Below the pieces are notes generated by a model. It saw nothing but the letters and a program-made list of their open reading frames with translations. It searched no databases and was not told the DNA's origin. From Setoptus koraiensis (taxonomy: Eukaryota; Animalia; Arthropoda), in NCBI GenBank assembly GCA_048013815.1, contig CM106586.1, positions 14,198,001 to 14,262,000 of the forward strand: DNA of 64,000 nt. The letters run 5' to 3'. A program made the position numbers and the translations under genes. Position 1 is the stretch's first letter, and each line of letters starts with the position of its first letter. This document shows positions 1-11,220 of the stretch, in pieces.

Positions 1-56
1 ATCCATGCGACAGAGCAGATTACAATCGAAATAAAATCCCACAAATTGATTTGTAC

Positions 57-1211
57 TTAGTCGTATAGATCATTTATCAAACTCATCAAGAAAGACGCGA
101 ACAGTAGTCTTTTGTTTTTTTCCGGTGTCATAGGGTTTAGATTGCGTTCATCGACTTGAAATAAACGAGACAAGGTGGATTTTAAAGTCTCGATACTAAA
201 TCTACAGCCTAGAATCTCTTCAAGGCAAGTAAAGGATTCATGGCCATCGATCACGGTGTTTATACGCTCAACATGACCTTGATTGATTTCAACTTCCAAG
301 CAGACGTGGTGTTCTTCATCATAATCCATATAATTGAAGATTTTCCTAAGAGTGAACTTTGGTGTCCTCCCAAAGATCCATTCCCACTGAAGAAGATCCT
401 GTTTCATTTTTTGGTACCCTGGAAACTCTGTATCACATGGCTCGACATGTAGAACAGTCTCTCTCGAATCAACGTTGTCGATTGTTTTGGCGAAACTGGT
501 GGCTAAGTCACGGATAACAATTTCAGGTGTCAGATAGCTTCTTAATTCTTTCAGATTTTGCACTTTACTCCTGACACTAGGACTAGATTTGGTCTCTAAA
601 AAAATTGGCAAGTCTTGGCGTATGGCCTTATACAATAACGCTGTATCGGTGTCGACTAGCAGTGTGAAATGGTGATAGCAATTAAATTTCCCTAATTTGG
701 CAGCTGACCCTGTAATCTTACCACCTGTTCTACTAAGGACTAGATCGTGCCTTTCGGTAGGTTCACATTTTATGTCATACAAATCGTCGATGACTTGTGC
801 AACAAATTTCAAATTTGCTTGCCGTTGACTAAATCGATCTCTATGACCAATAATACTGATGTTGATATTACTCATGTCATGGTAGACACAACCACCGCCG
901 GATTGGCGCCTTGCTAGATCAATGTTGTGTAAATCTAATTGTGACAATCGTCCTTCTAGCCAAGGATTTTGATGTCGTCCAATCACAAGTGCCGGAGTAT
1001 TTCTCCAGATGAGCACAATAGGCTTACATTTTGGTCTGTGTATTATCGGCTGATCACAATTGTCCAATTTAATATCATCTGTGAATCTGATATTGGAGTA
1101 GATCCAGTTTTCGAGGGCCAGATTAGAGAAGATGTCATGATCCCGCGAAATGATTACGTTACATCTAGATGATACAAAAGAGGAGTTACGAACGAACTGG
1201 CGAAATATCAT
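57..1211 (-). CDS. LIPT1: Mitochondrial lipoyl(amido)transferase 1, intronless, about 384 aa
   Basis: LplA/LIPT1 motifs: NLALENWI, WRNTPALVIGRHQNPW, RRQSGGGCVYHD, GKITGSAAK, HHFTLL, WEWIFGRTPKF. The ORF track starts at GTG 1223; the first ATG is 1211 and gives an Arg/Ser-rich presequence-like start (MIFRQFVRNSSFVSSR). Confidence 0.95.
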   Translation of the reverse strand: MIFRQFVRNSSFVSSRCNVIISRDHDIFSNLALENWIYSNIRFTDDIKLDNCDQPIIHRPKCKPIVLIWRNTPALVIGRHQNPWLEGRLSQLDLHNIDLARRQSGGGCVYHDMSNINISIIGHRDRFSQRQANLKFVAQVIDDLYDIKCEPTERHDLVLSRTGGKITGSAAKLGKFNCYHHFTLLVDTDTALLYKAIRQDLPIFLETKSSPSVRSKVQNLKELRSYLTPEIVIRDLATSFAKTIDNVDSRETVLHVEPCDTEFPGYQKMKQDLLQWEWIFGRTPKFTLRKIFNYMDYDEEHHVCLEVEINQGHVERINTVIDGHESFTCLEEILGCRFSIETLKSTLSRLFQVDERNLNPMTPEKNKRLLFASFLMSLINDLYD

Positions 1212-1645
1212 GATAGGGTCCACAGATCCAAACGTACGTTACTCTATTATGTAAGTGGGGTATTCCTTGACATAATCGGCGTTGATTTAATATGAATCAA
1301 TGCATTTCTTTATGGGTTTGATGCGAACAGCATATGGCCCCATTTTAAATCTGGCTTCATGCTGGGTATTTATTTCACGGTGTGTCACGTGTTCTGAAAG
1401 TTGTGTGCGATTCGAACTACGCGCCGTCTGTCTTGGATGAAAATTTTGCTTATTGATTTTGATTTAATTGCTTCAGCAACTATATTATTATTATTATTGT
1501 TAATATTATTTGAAGGTAGGTTGCGCTACTGAAAACATGTGACCGCTTATTTGTTTCAAAACGTTTCTTTTCTTTAATTATAAAATCGGTTCAACTGATA
1601 CATACATTCATTGGAATCTATTCACCGTGAAAACTCAACTTATTA

Positions 1646-2298
1646 ATGATCACGTCCAACACTGGCAACGAAGAACAGCGTCCATCGTTAACGCCAAAGA
1701 AAAATGAAAGGGCACCACAAACAAAAGTGAGTAGTTCTCATGGTGACGATCATAAGTATGAATCTATTTTATAGCTTGGAGCAACAGATCTCACCAGTAT
1801 CGCCAACTGCAGTAGACGCATCCCTTACTAAGATCAATCTCAAAAAACCTATCTCTATCCGCCATCCAGCTTGTTATTCGCAGGCTACCACCCTCCATGA
1901 GTGAAGAGGAACTTCTTGAACAGCTATCACCATTATCGGATCACGATTACTTTTGTTATTTTCCAGCAGATACTAGCCTGAGACAGAATGCCTTCTGTCG
2001 TGCTTATATTAATTTCATACATCATGAAGACCTAGTTACTTTCAGGGATAAGTTTGACAACTACGTCTTTCTAGATAAGAATGGCCATGAATACCTGGCT
2101 GTTGTGGAATATTCAATGTGGCACAAGGCACCAAAGAGTGGCCCATTCTATCGCGGAAAAACAAATACGAAAACAAATGGTGAAGCATCGACCTCTATTG
2201 GCTCAACAAATGGTATACAATCGAATACAATTGAACACGACAAAGATTATTTGGAATTCTTGGAAAAGCTAGATAAACAAAAGAAACGAAAAAAATGA
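1646..2298 (+). CDS. UPF3: Regulator of nonsense transcripts 3 (UPF3), 2 exons, 169 aa
   Basis: join(1646..1726,1870..2298); GTGAGT donor at 1727, CCAG acceptor at 1869, phase 0. The splice restores the hallmark K-LVIRRLPPSMSEEELL, followed by RAYINF, F.DKFDNYVF.D..G.EY.AVVEYS and IEHDKDYLEFLE. Confidence 0.92.
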
Positions 2299-2396
2299 TG
2301 ATCATGTGTAATTAATACTAATGCGACTTGGTGGAGATAACTGGCTAGATAACAACTAATATTAGTTTTTCGCACACTTTATATTTCCATATATAC

Positions 2397-3380
2397 TCAA
2401 TCAGTTTTTATAACTTTGAAATGTAATGTGAAGGCCAGCAAGGCATGCGAGGCAGCTATCAATAACAGAATCAGATAGGAACTCTTCAATGTACTGCTAG
2501 GATCACTATGTACCACAGGTATGAAAGATGTCACAAGAACGTATCCAGACAATAGGGCTCCTAAGCTGATTACGCTGTACTGGATTGCGGCCACCTGGAT
2601 TAGTGTAACCATGGAGATTGGTATGAATATGGATATTGAATAGCCGTAGGCGCAAATTGTCTCTAAAAGCGAATAGTTGTATGAGCAGCCTCTAAACCAG
2701 AAGAAAAACCATAGAAATATTGGAACTAGAAATACATATGACAATACGCAACTGGCCGCAAGATTAACATTGTAGAAATTGTAATGCCAATCTTCTTTCA
2801 TTCGCTCATTTAATTGATCCAAGCTGATATTGTCGCCAGGCTTGATATGATAGCCTATATTGATATGCTCTATGTATGTAGAGGTATTTCCAAATAAAGC
2901 TATGGTAAAGATTAGGGTAACACAAATCCATAACGGTCCATAGAGATCGGGTTTAGATTGAATGAATCTCTCAATATAAGAGCACTTTCTCACTGTAATT
3001 GCAGACGGTGTTCCAGAATTATGATCTGGAGAATCTCTGGGGCTTGAATTGACTAGTTTTCTCACTGGCAACGATGACCAAATAATGCGTCTGACCACCT
3101 CCTCGGTGGTAACATCAAAATATTGTGCGAGGTAAGCCAGGCCCCAATTGCCATTGTAGTTGGGACGTTGTCGTTGTCTATTTCCTGTCTGTAAATCGTT
3201 ATCGAAACTTTCTAGATCGCGCGATTGATTTCCAGATCCGGGCAAACTGCCCGATTTTCCCAGGCCACCTTGCAGAAGATCATGATGATGATGATTGGGA
3301 GTTAAAGCTGACGAGCTTTGATGAGCGCTATTACTTTGACTAAAATCCTGAAAATCTAGATCAACAACCACCGAAGACAT
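2397..3380 (-). CDS. YIPF1: Yip1-domain Golgi membrane protein (YIPF1/YIPF2 type), intronless, about 327 aa
   Basis: YFDVTT.EV..RI, PDLYGPLWICVTLIF, ETICAYGYSISIFIP and several TM segments. Start placed at ATG 3380 (MSSVVVDLDFQDF, resembling the known YIPF1 N-terminus) rather than the ORF-track 3509. YIPF1 versus YIPF2 cannot be resolved. Confidence 0.9.
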   Translation of the reverse strand: MSSVVVDLDFQDFSQSNSAHQSSSALTPNHHHHDLLQGGLGKSGSLPGSGNQSRDLESFDNDLQTGNRQRQRPNYNGNWGLAYLAQYFDVTTEEVVRRIIWSSLPVRKLVNSSPRDSPDHNSGTPSAITVRKCSYIERFIQSKPDLYGPLWICVTLIFTIALFGNTSTYIEHINIGYHIKPGDNISLDQLNERMKEDWHYNFYNVNLAASCVLSYVFLVPIFLWFFFWFRGCSYNYSLLETICAYGYSISIFIPISMVTLIQVAAIQYSVISLGALLSGYVLVTSFIPVVHSDPSSTLKSSYLILLLIAASHALLAFTLHFKVIKTD

Positions 3381-5853
3381 ATCTTTTAGACTGTGAAACT
3401 CATCTAATTGTGGCCTGCTTTGGAATAAATTTACAATCGGAGGCTTGGCGTTGATTGCATAATACAATAACTGCAGAAATCTAATTGAACAGGTTAGACG
3501 TTTGAACATATGTTCAAGAATTTGTCAACAATTTGCAATTACACGTATATTACGTAAACAAAAGGCGCAAGTGCGAGCCATATTGAACGATTGTCTAACG
3601 GTGCGCCAAATTTGAAAAAGAACAGTGTTCTTTTGGAAAAGATTTTCCAGCGATGTGGGTAGGTGGTGAATTCGCCTCCGGAGCCGTCATTTCGACTGGA
3701 GTCCAACGTAAATTTCTTCAGACCCATTTTCTTTTTGGAACGGGCTTCCCCATTGGATCACAGAACAAAGCTAGCTTACATGCTACCAGCGACCACTCTC
3801 AACAACTTTCCATCAGAAGTGCGTGCTGCGAGACCACTGAAGTCACTTCAGCACCTTTCCTCGCCGATGACCATTAACGGTCACTATTATTCTAGATCTA
3901 GTTTCTATCGTTGGGTGGTGACGATTGAGTGAGTTCCGTTGATGGGAAAACTATCAATTTCCCGCGGAATGATGTAGGATGGCGACACGGTGTTCGAATT
4001 TAGTGACTACTCATACTGTTTGAAGTTTATTTTTTTCTATTAAATTCATCCGAGTGTAAGTTACTTTTTCAATCAATCAAGTGAAACTTCTAAAACGAAT
4101 TTTGTTGTGATCATCGCGAATTTCATCAGAATCATTGATCATGATCATTTTACAGAAAATAACACCAATAAACGAAGGGGCTCGGAGTTCCCTGGATCGT
4201 TTAACTCGGCATCGAAGTTTCCGGCGCTTTCGTACTGAGCGTCGAATAGCTCTGACCCCCCCCCCACCCCGGGATGATAAGGTCTCAGAACATGTATATA
4301 GGATGGATAGGTTCTCTTGACCACGAAAATGTGCGATTCTTCCCCGTTTTATTTTTTGTTTTCGAAATTTTTTCAGAGTCTAAAATGAAAATCTTTGAAT
4401 GAGTGGTCGCATTCGGAAGCATTGAAATGACATTTATTCTAATGCCTTGGACTAACAAGTAAGAATATCGTGTTTTTATCACTTTTTGTTCGACCTCATT
4501 CTTATTCGACGCATCTCGGAGAAATTCAACAAAAAGTGTCATCTATCAGGCGAAACATGCGAAAAACGTGAACTTGCCACTTGTTAGTCTGAAACTTTCC
4601 GAATGAATATTAAAAATCACACATTTCTGTGATCTGAGGGACGAGTGTTATATATTCCATGCACTTGTTTCAAGATATGAGGGTATTACTTCAGGAGGTT
4701 CCGTTGTGGATAGGCAAGACAGGAGGCCGATTAAGATCAGACGCTGGTTCCCTTTGTCACACAATATGGAATATCTTGAAAGTGCTCAATTCATCTGGTC
4801 CAAATCATGATACCTGTAAGCTTGGTCTGCCAAGACGACCAGAAAAGAAAGGAAAAATGGTGATTCCTCATAATCGTTTCCCGAAAACAAACCCGGTCAT
4901 GCCAGTGAGGGCATTTATAAACATTTCTCGTGTCCCAAGATGGAGCTAGTTTAGTTTGCTCGTTTTATTCATTATCGAAACGAAATCGCCAGGAGTTTTT
5001 CAGGGGAAACGTGCTCGGAAAATGCACTTGACTACAATGTAACACATTAATCCATCTTGTATGACCCAAATGAGAGCCAAGAGATATTCTGCGCTATGAC
5101 ACGGAGGTAATGTTACATAATAGACGAATGTCCAGCATTGGGGCTACGATATTGACTGCGCAAACTCTGAGAGGTACTCTTTTGCGCCCAGCCTTCAATT
5201 GGTAGTTTTCGATGGCTTAGTGAGTTAGCTGGATATAGCGACAATAGAGTTTATTGTGGCGTAGTGACGCAGTACTGCCCTTGCGTAGTAACTAAAATTA
5301 TCAAATAAAGCAACATTGCCAAACATTAGACGATATTCCCGCTGAAATGAAACCAAACGCCGCGAGATTTTTCTACAAACGGTAGTGACACCAACAACAA
5401 CAACAACAGTTTCATTCGTATGAAGAACGAGCAACGATGAGGACGGAAGCAAAAAGTTTAACAAACTATCCACGCGAGTTGCTCAATTAGTTTCTACTTA
5501 AAAGTAACAGTCTCTAAAGTCATAAATCTAGTGGCAATAAACTGGGCCATGGTGTCTGTGCATCTTCGTCACATTTAATTGCCAATCTCTAATTACATAA
5601 TTGCTAAAAGCACGAATTTGAGTTATTGCGAAAACAAAATTGTGCTTTTTTGTACTCTATGCACTAAATGGTCTGAATCGTCTAATTCGCAAACACACTT
5701 AGTATTTAATGAATAAACAGCTAATCAAGTAGTACATGTCAACATTGAGAAAACCAGTTAACGATAATCGCAGCAAAATAGAAAAACTTGACAAAAGTCT
5801 TCTCTCAACGAAAAGTTGACGAAATTCCTCCTCACATTGCGTGAGATGCTGCC

Positions 5854-5922
5854 ATGGCCGAAACTAAGGCCACATCTGCACCAACAACAGAAATGGACGC
5901 TTTGCTTCTCGGTCGAATAGAC
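5854..5922 (+). CDS. Probable distal first coding exon of the DPP4-family gene (MAETKATSAPTTEMDALLLGRID)
   Basis: GCCATGG Kozak context, 23 open codons, then a phase-0 GTAAGT donor at 5923. This is phase-compatible with the CAG|GAG acceptor at 20778/20779. The join crosses an assembly gap and is inferred. Confidence 0.5.
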
Positions 5923-8900
5923 GTAAGTAATTAAAAGTTGAGCTTACATAATTTATATCTTCAAAATTGAGCCTCGAACAGTGAGCAACAGTGAGAGTGG
6001 GGCAGCTCTCGTGCGAAAGCTGCAATATTTAATCCCGTAGGACCAACTGTAAAAAGATGCTCGGATGCAAACTAAATTAAATTATAGAATCTTTGCGAGG
6101 AAACATTTGTTCTTTCGGCTCGAAAGTTTCGAGCCAGCCTCGCTAAGTCTGATGGCTCGAAACATCTGCAAAGTTGCGATAGGAGCGATGCAGTTCATTG
6201 ACAGTTTTCTGGGCTCCATTCACCGAGCTTCACTCATTCTACTCTGTCGTTAAGATGACAGCGGCTTGTCAACCCATTCGAAGTTCGAATGGGCCCACAG
6301 AGAACATTTGATGGAATCGCGCCTCATTTTTCACCAGCACCATGCTTCATCACTAGAGACAACAAACGAACAAAATCATTGATTAAAACGTCCCAAATTG
6401 TCGGATCGTTCGAGATCTAAACGATACGGTTTTCGCCAGCCAAAATTAATGTATCGACGCTCTTCGTCGACGTGATCCAGATGGGAACGAGATAACGAAA
6501 GAATTGGTGATTTTGAGAATTCGTCTATTCCCATTTTTCGGTTTTTTTCCCACACAAACAATCGAAATTGTGTCTGCGTGTGTTCGACGCAAGCAAGAGA
6601 CACTTGCCAGGGCACCAGAGAAATGTTGCGTCGTTTTCGATTTTGTTTCGCTTAATCATCACTCGTCTATCTCGTGTCTGGCAGTGTGTTGCAACGAGCA
6701 CGATGCTGATTTCGGTCCAGCAGCTGGCACCGGGTGTTTGCATCAATGATAAAGTATCATTGCGACCTGTCACCGTTTGATCCGGGTGTGTGCAGGCGTG
6801 AATTGATACGCGAACAGAGCGGGCCCCAGCGACTGGCGCGAAAATTCGCATTAGTTTCCATGGGATTAAACTCAAATTAGGATCATTTTTTGCCCAATGC
6901 GAGGCCCCTTTGCATTGCGTTTTGTTTGTTGCGAAACGGGATATAATAAGCGCGCGTTCATTTGCGCTCTATCACACCGAGCATCTCATACATGTATGGC
7001 TAATCTAATATCCCGGCGCCAAGTTTACTGTGGCGAGCACGTTCACAGTGGTGCCGGCCCCCAGCCACCGGCCCGAGGGTCACGCGAGGTGTGATCAACG
7101 TTGATGGCGGGCTCTGTCGAGCTCTTTCGCGTCTATCATTACAAATTGAAATGCTTGTTCATAGCGCAAAGTGGTATTCAAAAGCACAATAGTGGTCAGT
7201 GTCAATCAGAATAATTCGCTGCAAAGGTCGCGGAAGTTCCCCTGCCGAACGGGTATTCAATCAGCCGGTAGAGCTGCCAATGCTGGCCATTGTGAGCGCT
7301 TTTTCAGACTGAGTTGCCACGAACTGGCCAAAAGTTAACAATGCGGCAAAATAAAATTCTGTCTGGTTTGTTCGGAAATGTTATTTGGGGCCTCGCAATT
7401 CCGAGCCGTGGATGTTGCGTTTTGGGGCGCATTTAGTAAAATCTAGTAAAATTTAGTGTCTGACATGTCGACAATGCCGAAAGGTAAACAAGTTGTTATG
7501 GGGGCCGGTGTTGACGTTGTTGATACGAGCGCGCATTTGTCTGGCGACAGGTTTGTCTGGCGCGGTCGGCTGTCATTATCCAGACTATTGAGATAGAAGA
7601 TCGCCCTCTGATAGCACAAACACTTGACACGACGTGAGCGTGCTCTAGCTCGTGTTTGTGTGTGTTTTTATTATTAGCGTTAGCACCTGAAAATAGAGAA
7701 ATCACGTCATTGTGACGCGCCAAAGCAGCTACAAGAGAGGACAAGTTTGATGGGGGGCCCTTCGTGTCGGTGCGCGTTGCTTGGCCGCGTGTGTTTATTG
7801 TTGTTTGGGGTGTGTTGAGGCCTGTAAAAGTTGCTTTCGAGTCAACCTTTTTATCTTGTCGAGTGCTGACGGGCGCATTTACCAGGCACGAGAAAATTTG
7901 GCAGCGGCCTAAATTGAGGCTGCGATTTGAATTTGCAGCGGTCGTGTGTGGTTCGTTGCCAGTTTGAGGTTTGCAAATATTATTGCTGCCGGGCCAAAGT
8001 GATCCAACAGCAACGGCTACAAAAGTTGAACTGGCTGCCGGGGCCCCGCCGCACTGCCATGCATCCAATGGGTTTATTTAGCATAACAATATATATATTC
8101 TTTCTGAATGTATTAGTGTTTGATGAGAAGGCCGGCCGGCCAGCCAGCCAGCCAGCCAGCACTGGCTCAAATAGATAAACTTGGGGCCAGTGTTTGCCCA
8201 GCTTGAACTATATCAATAATATCAATAGTAATAGTGGCGCACATCCACATGAATCAGCCAACAAGCCAGACCAACAAGAACAAATAATGGCGATTTGCAG
8301 GGCGACGATGATCAGCAAGAAACACAGCAGCAGCAGCAGCAGAGAATAATAAACAAATAGGAGGGGGCAAGCCCATCTAATGCCGTTGCCGTGGCCGCTG
8401 TTTGTTTGCCGGGGCAATTTAGTCTGATGACCAAATGGCCCCAGCCGAGGATGATCGCATGATATGATCCGCGCGATCCGCTACCAGTTACAGCAAGCGC
8501 CACGGCGCTGCAGCAACATTTACGCTAGATAGTCTAATCAATCAATCAGGTCACCAGCACCAATCGATTCTTCTTTTTCGGCCCGTTGTGTTGTTTTTCT
8601 CGCGTGGACACCGATTGCGCGTTGCGCGCTCGCCGGGGCCCCAACTAACGGGATGTCTCGTCCATCTTAAGTAACAATTTGTTTCGGTGCTAGTGCAGCA
8701 GCGGCAGCGGCACTAGCAACAACAACGACAAAAACAACAACGACAACAACAACAACAACAACAACAGCACCGACAACAGCACCGAACCCAAATTGATTGG
8801 CCCGATCGGCGCGGTTTCAATATGCAAGCTAGCGATATTTCGCGCTCATTGCATGCTGTTACGTCACACGCGGGGGCCCGGCGCCAGGCTTGCCGGCCCC

Positions 8901-11184
8901 CGCAAATGGGTCGTGCACTTGGTGCTCGATGAAGCGATTTATTTCAACTTGACGCAAGTTTAAATTGAGCATCATTTTCATGATTGATTTAATTTTATCT
9001 CAATTCATCGATCGAGTTCAACGCGCTAACGTTATATGGGGACGCTCAAACAAAATTGCACACTGTGCCCCGCGACCATTAGCCACTATGATGGTGGCCC
9101 CACGAAAAACAATCGGCGACACCGCCACACCGGCATATCATTGTTGTGCGAATGAAAACAACACACATTCAAATGTGTCTGTCTGTCTGTTTGATATATG
9201 CGCGATTTCATTGATTTAATCGGATCCGATGGATAAACGATGCGTTATCTGGTAACGATCTCAGCGTTGGGCGGATATTCAACGATAATAGAATTGTCGC
9301 AAAGTGTCGCGACCGAGCTCATATCAACAACGACTCCAATAATGATGCGCCCTTGAATTGCATTGGCACTGCAATATCTGCGCCCCATATCCGCCATGTA
9401 AGTGCATCAATGTAAGTGCTGCTGCTGGCGCTGCTGTTTGCAAGATTAATTTGCGCCAATACATATACTCTCACACGACACACACTGGGATATATTAGAA
9501 TTCTCTGGCAAGACCGGCAAACCGGCAACGGACACTGAACGAGGCGCAAAGCGTGGAGCATTGTGTGTAGAGGTTACACGGAGATAAATTAAACCAAGTG
9601 AAGTGTCGGAATGTAATGCTTTTCGTCGCAACCACTGCAAGTTTGAAAGAACGTGCCCCGTCAGATTGATGGTGTTTCTTTTGCAAGATTCCTTGGCAGG
9701 CTTCTTTTGTAATGACGTTGGCCCACGCACCAAACACCTGACTGGGCGCCTACAAGGCGAGAGGCGCGCAACGCTTGGCCAATCCAATCCCCATTTGCAT
9801 AATATTGTCTTTCAATGGCGTGCAAAAAGAACGCCCCCGGGGCATGATTGGTGAGCGTCATAATTAGGTGTCATATATTCACGTTATTGGCACCCATTAC
9901 TGGACTAAGCCGTGGTAATGAGCACAATAGCAGCTCGCAATAGAACCTCGTGAAACCGACTCGCCCGCCATCATAAATATGTTGACGGCCAGAGCGTTTG
10001 TGGCGCTGGGGCCCCGTTTGTGGCTCGGCATAAGCGGGCATAATACCAGAGTATTACCAGAGTCTGGTAGCAGGTGAAGCAGGCGCACAACAACACAGCA
10101 GAGCCTTGCTCTAAAAAAAGAAGTCACTACAAAAGAAAATTGGCTCGTCTCGAGGCATTGTGGCAAGCAACGAGCGCATCAAATAGAGCCTGAAATAATC
10201 TAATCTTCGAGTTGATCCATTTACATTTCTGCTCCAACAGTTGCTGATGCGATGAAAAAAGGTTGAAAGGGGACAGTGGTTTCGTTTTTGCGCCCCTTTG
10301 TATATTTATGTTTGCTGTCAGACTTTCGCAGCAACTCAGCAATAGTCACAGTGCGAGAGCGGCTCCTCGAAAACAAGACAGCTCAGTTTTGTCTTCCATT
10401 ATATCATGAAATTATAATGGGACAAAACTGAGCCAAGGCGCCAGGAATGCGCCGCCAGCGAGCCAAATGTTGGCTTAACCCGACTAGTCGGCATTGCAAA
10501 ATTGAGGCAAATCCTCTGAGTTCTATCGGGGGGCCCTATCAGAGGCCGGCCGAGGAGGGGCCAGCGCTAAGCCGGGCCCTTCACCTTGGCGCGACTCTTC
10601 ATCGCATCACTATTATTGGAATTTTGCTTTTGCTCATCAGATTAAGGCCGGCCCATCAACTTGTCGTCGGGGCCAAAATGGCCGACGAGACATCCGCACA
10701 AAGATCCCGAGTCTTGCCTGTTTAAACGCAACTGGCACACTGTGCGCTCGGGCTTACACGCCCAACTCAGGCGCCCTAAGTCCGGCCGAACGCGGGCTCG
10801 CCATTGGATAATCTTTCTTAATGTGCCCACCTCTCACCTATTTCGTCGTGCGCGATGCCGATGAATCGCAACTCGCTGGCAAGTATTTTAATAATGGGTA
10901 TTGTTAGCGCGTCCCATTATTTACTTTGGCCGATCCGCAATGGCGCGCTCGCCTCAAGTTTCTGCTGCGCCTCGTTTGGCCGATCTAACCGGCTTTAAGT
11001 TTCTCGCAGTTTGTGCGGCTACTTAGTTGCGCTTGTTCCCAATTTAGTGGGGCCGGTTTGGTCATTTTGGTCCGGCGTGCACTTTCCATCTATTTGCGCC
11101 GCTCTCTGTGTGCCTGTGGCTGATCCGCTTTGCTGGCCTCAGCTGGCGTGTATCATAGCGTGAATATACTGCTACTGGCCATAA

Positions 11185-11220
11185 TGGCCACACTGGCCAC
11201 ACTGGCCACACTGGCCACAC
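11185..11220. repeat. (TGGCCACAC)4 9-bp minisatellite
   Basis: Four exact units. A similar (TGTGRCCRC)5 array lies at 57473-57520. Confidence 0.9.

Noticed and set aside
3975-4010. GTTCGAAT, resembling a tRNA T-loop or B-box
   Set aside because: No acceptor, D or anticodon stems, and the B-box consensus is incomplete.
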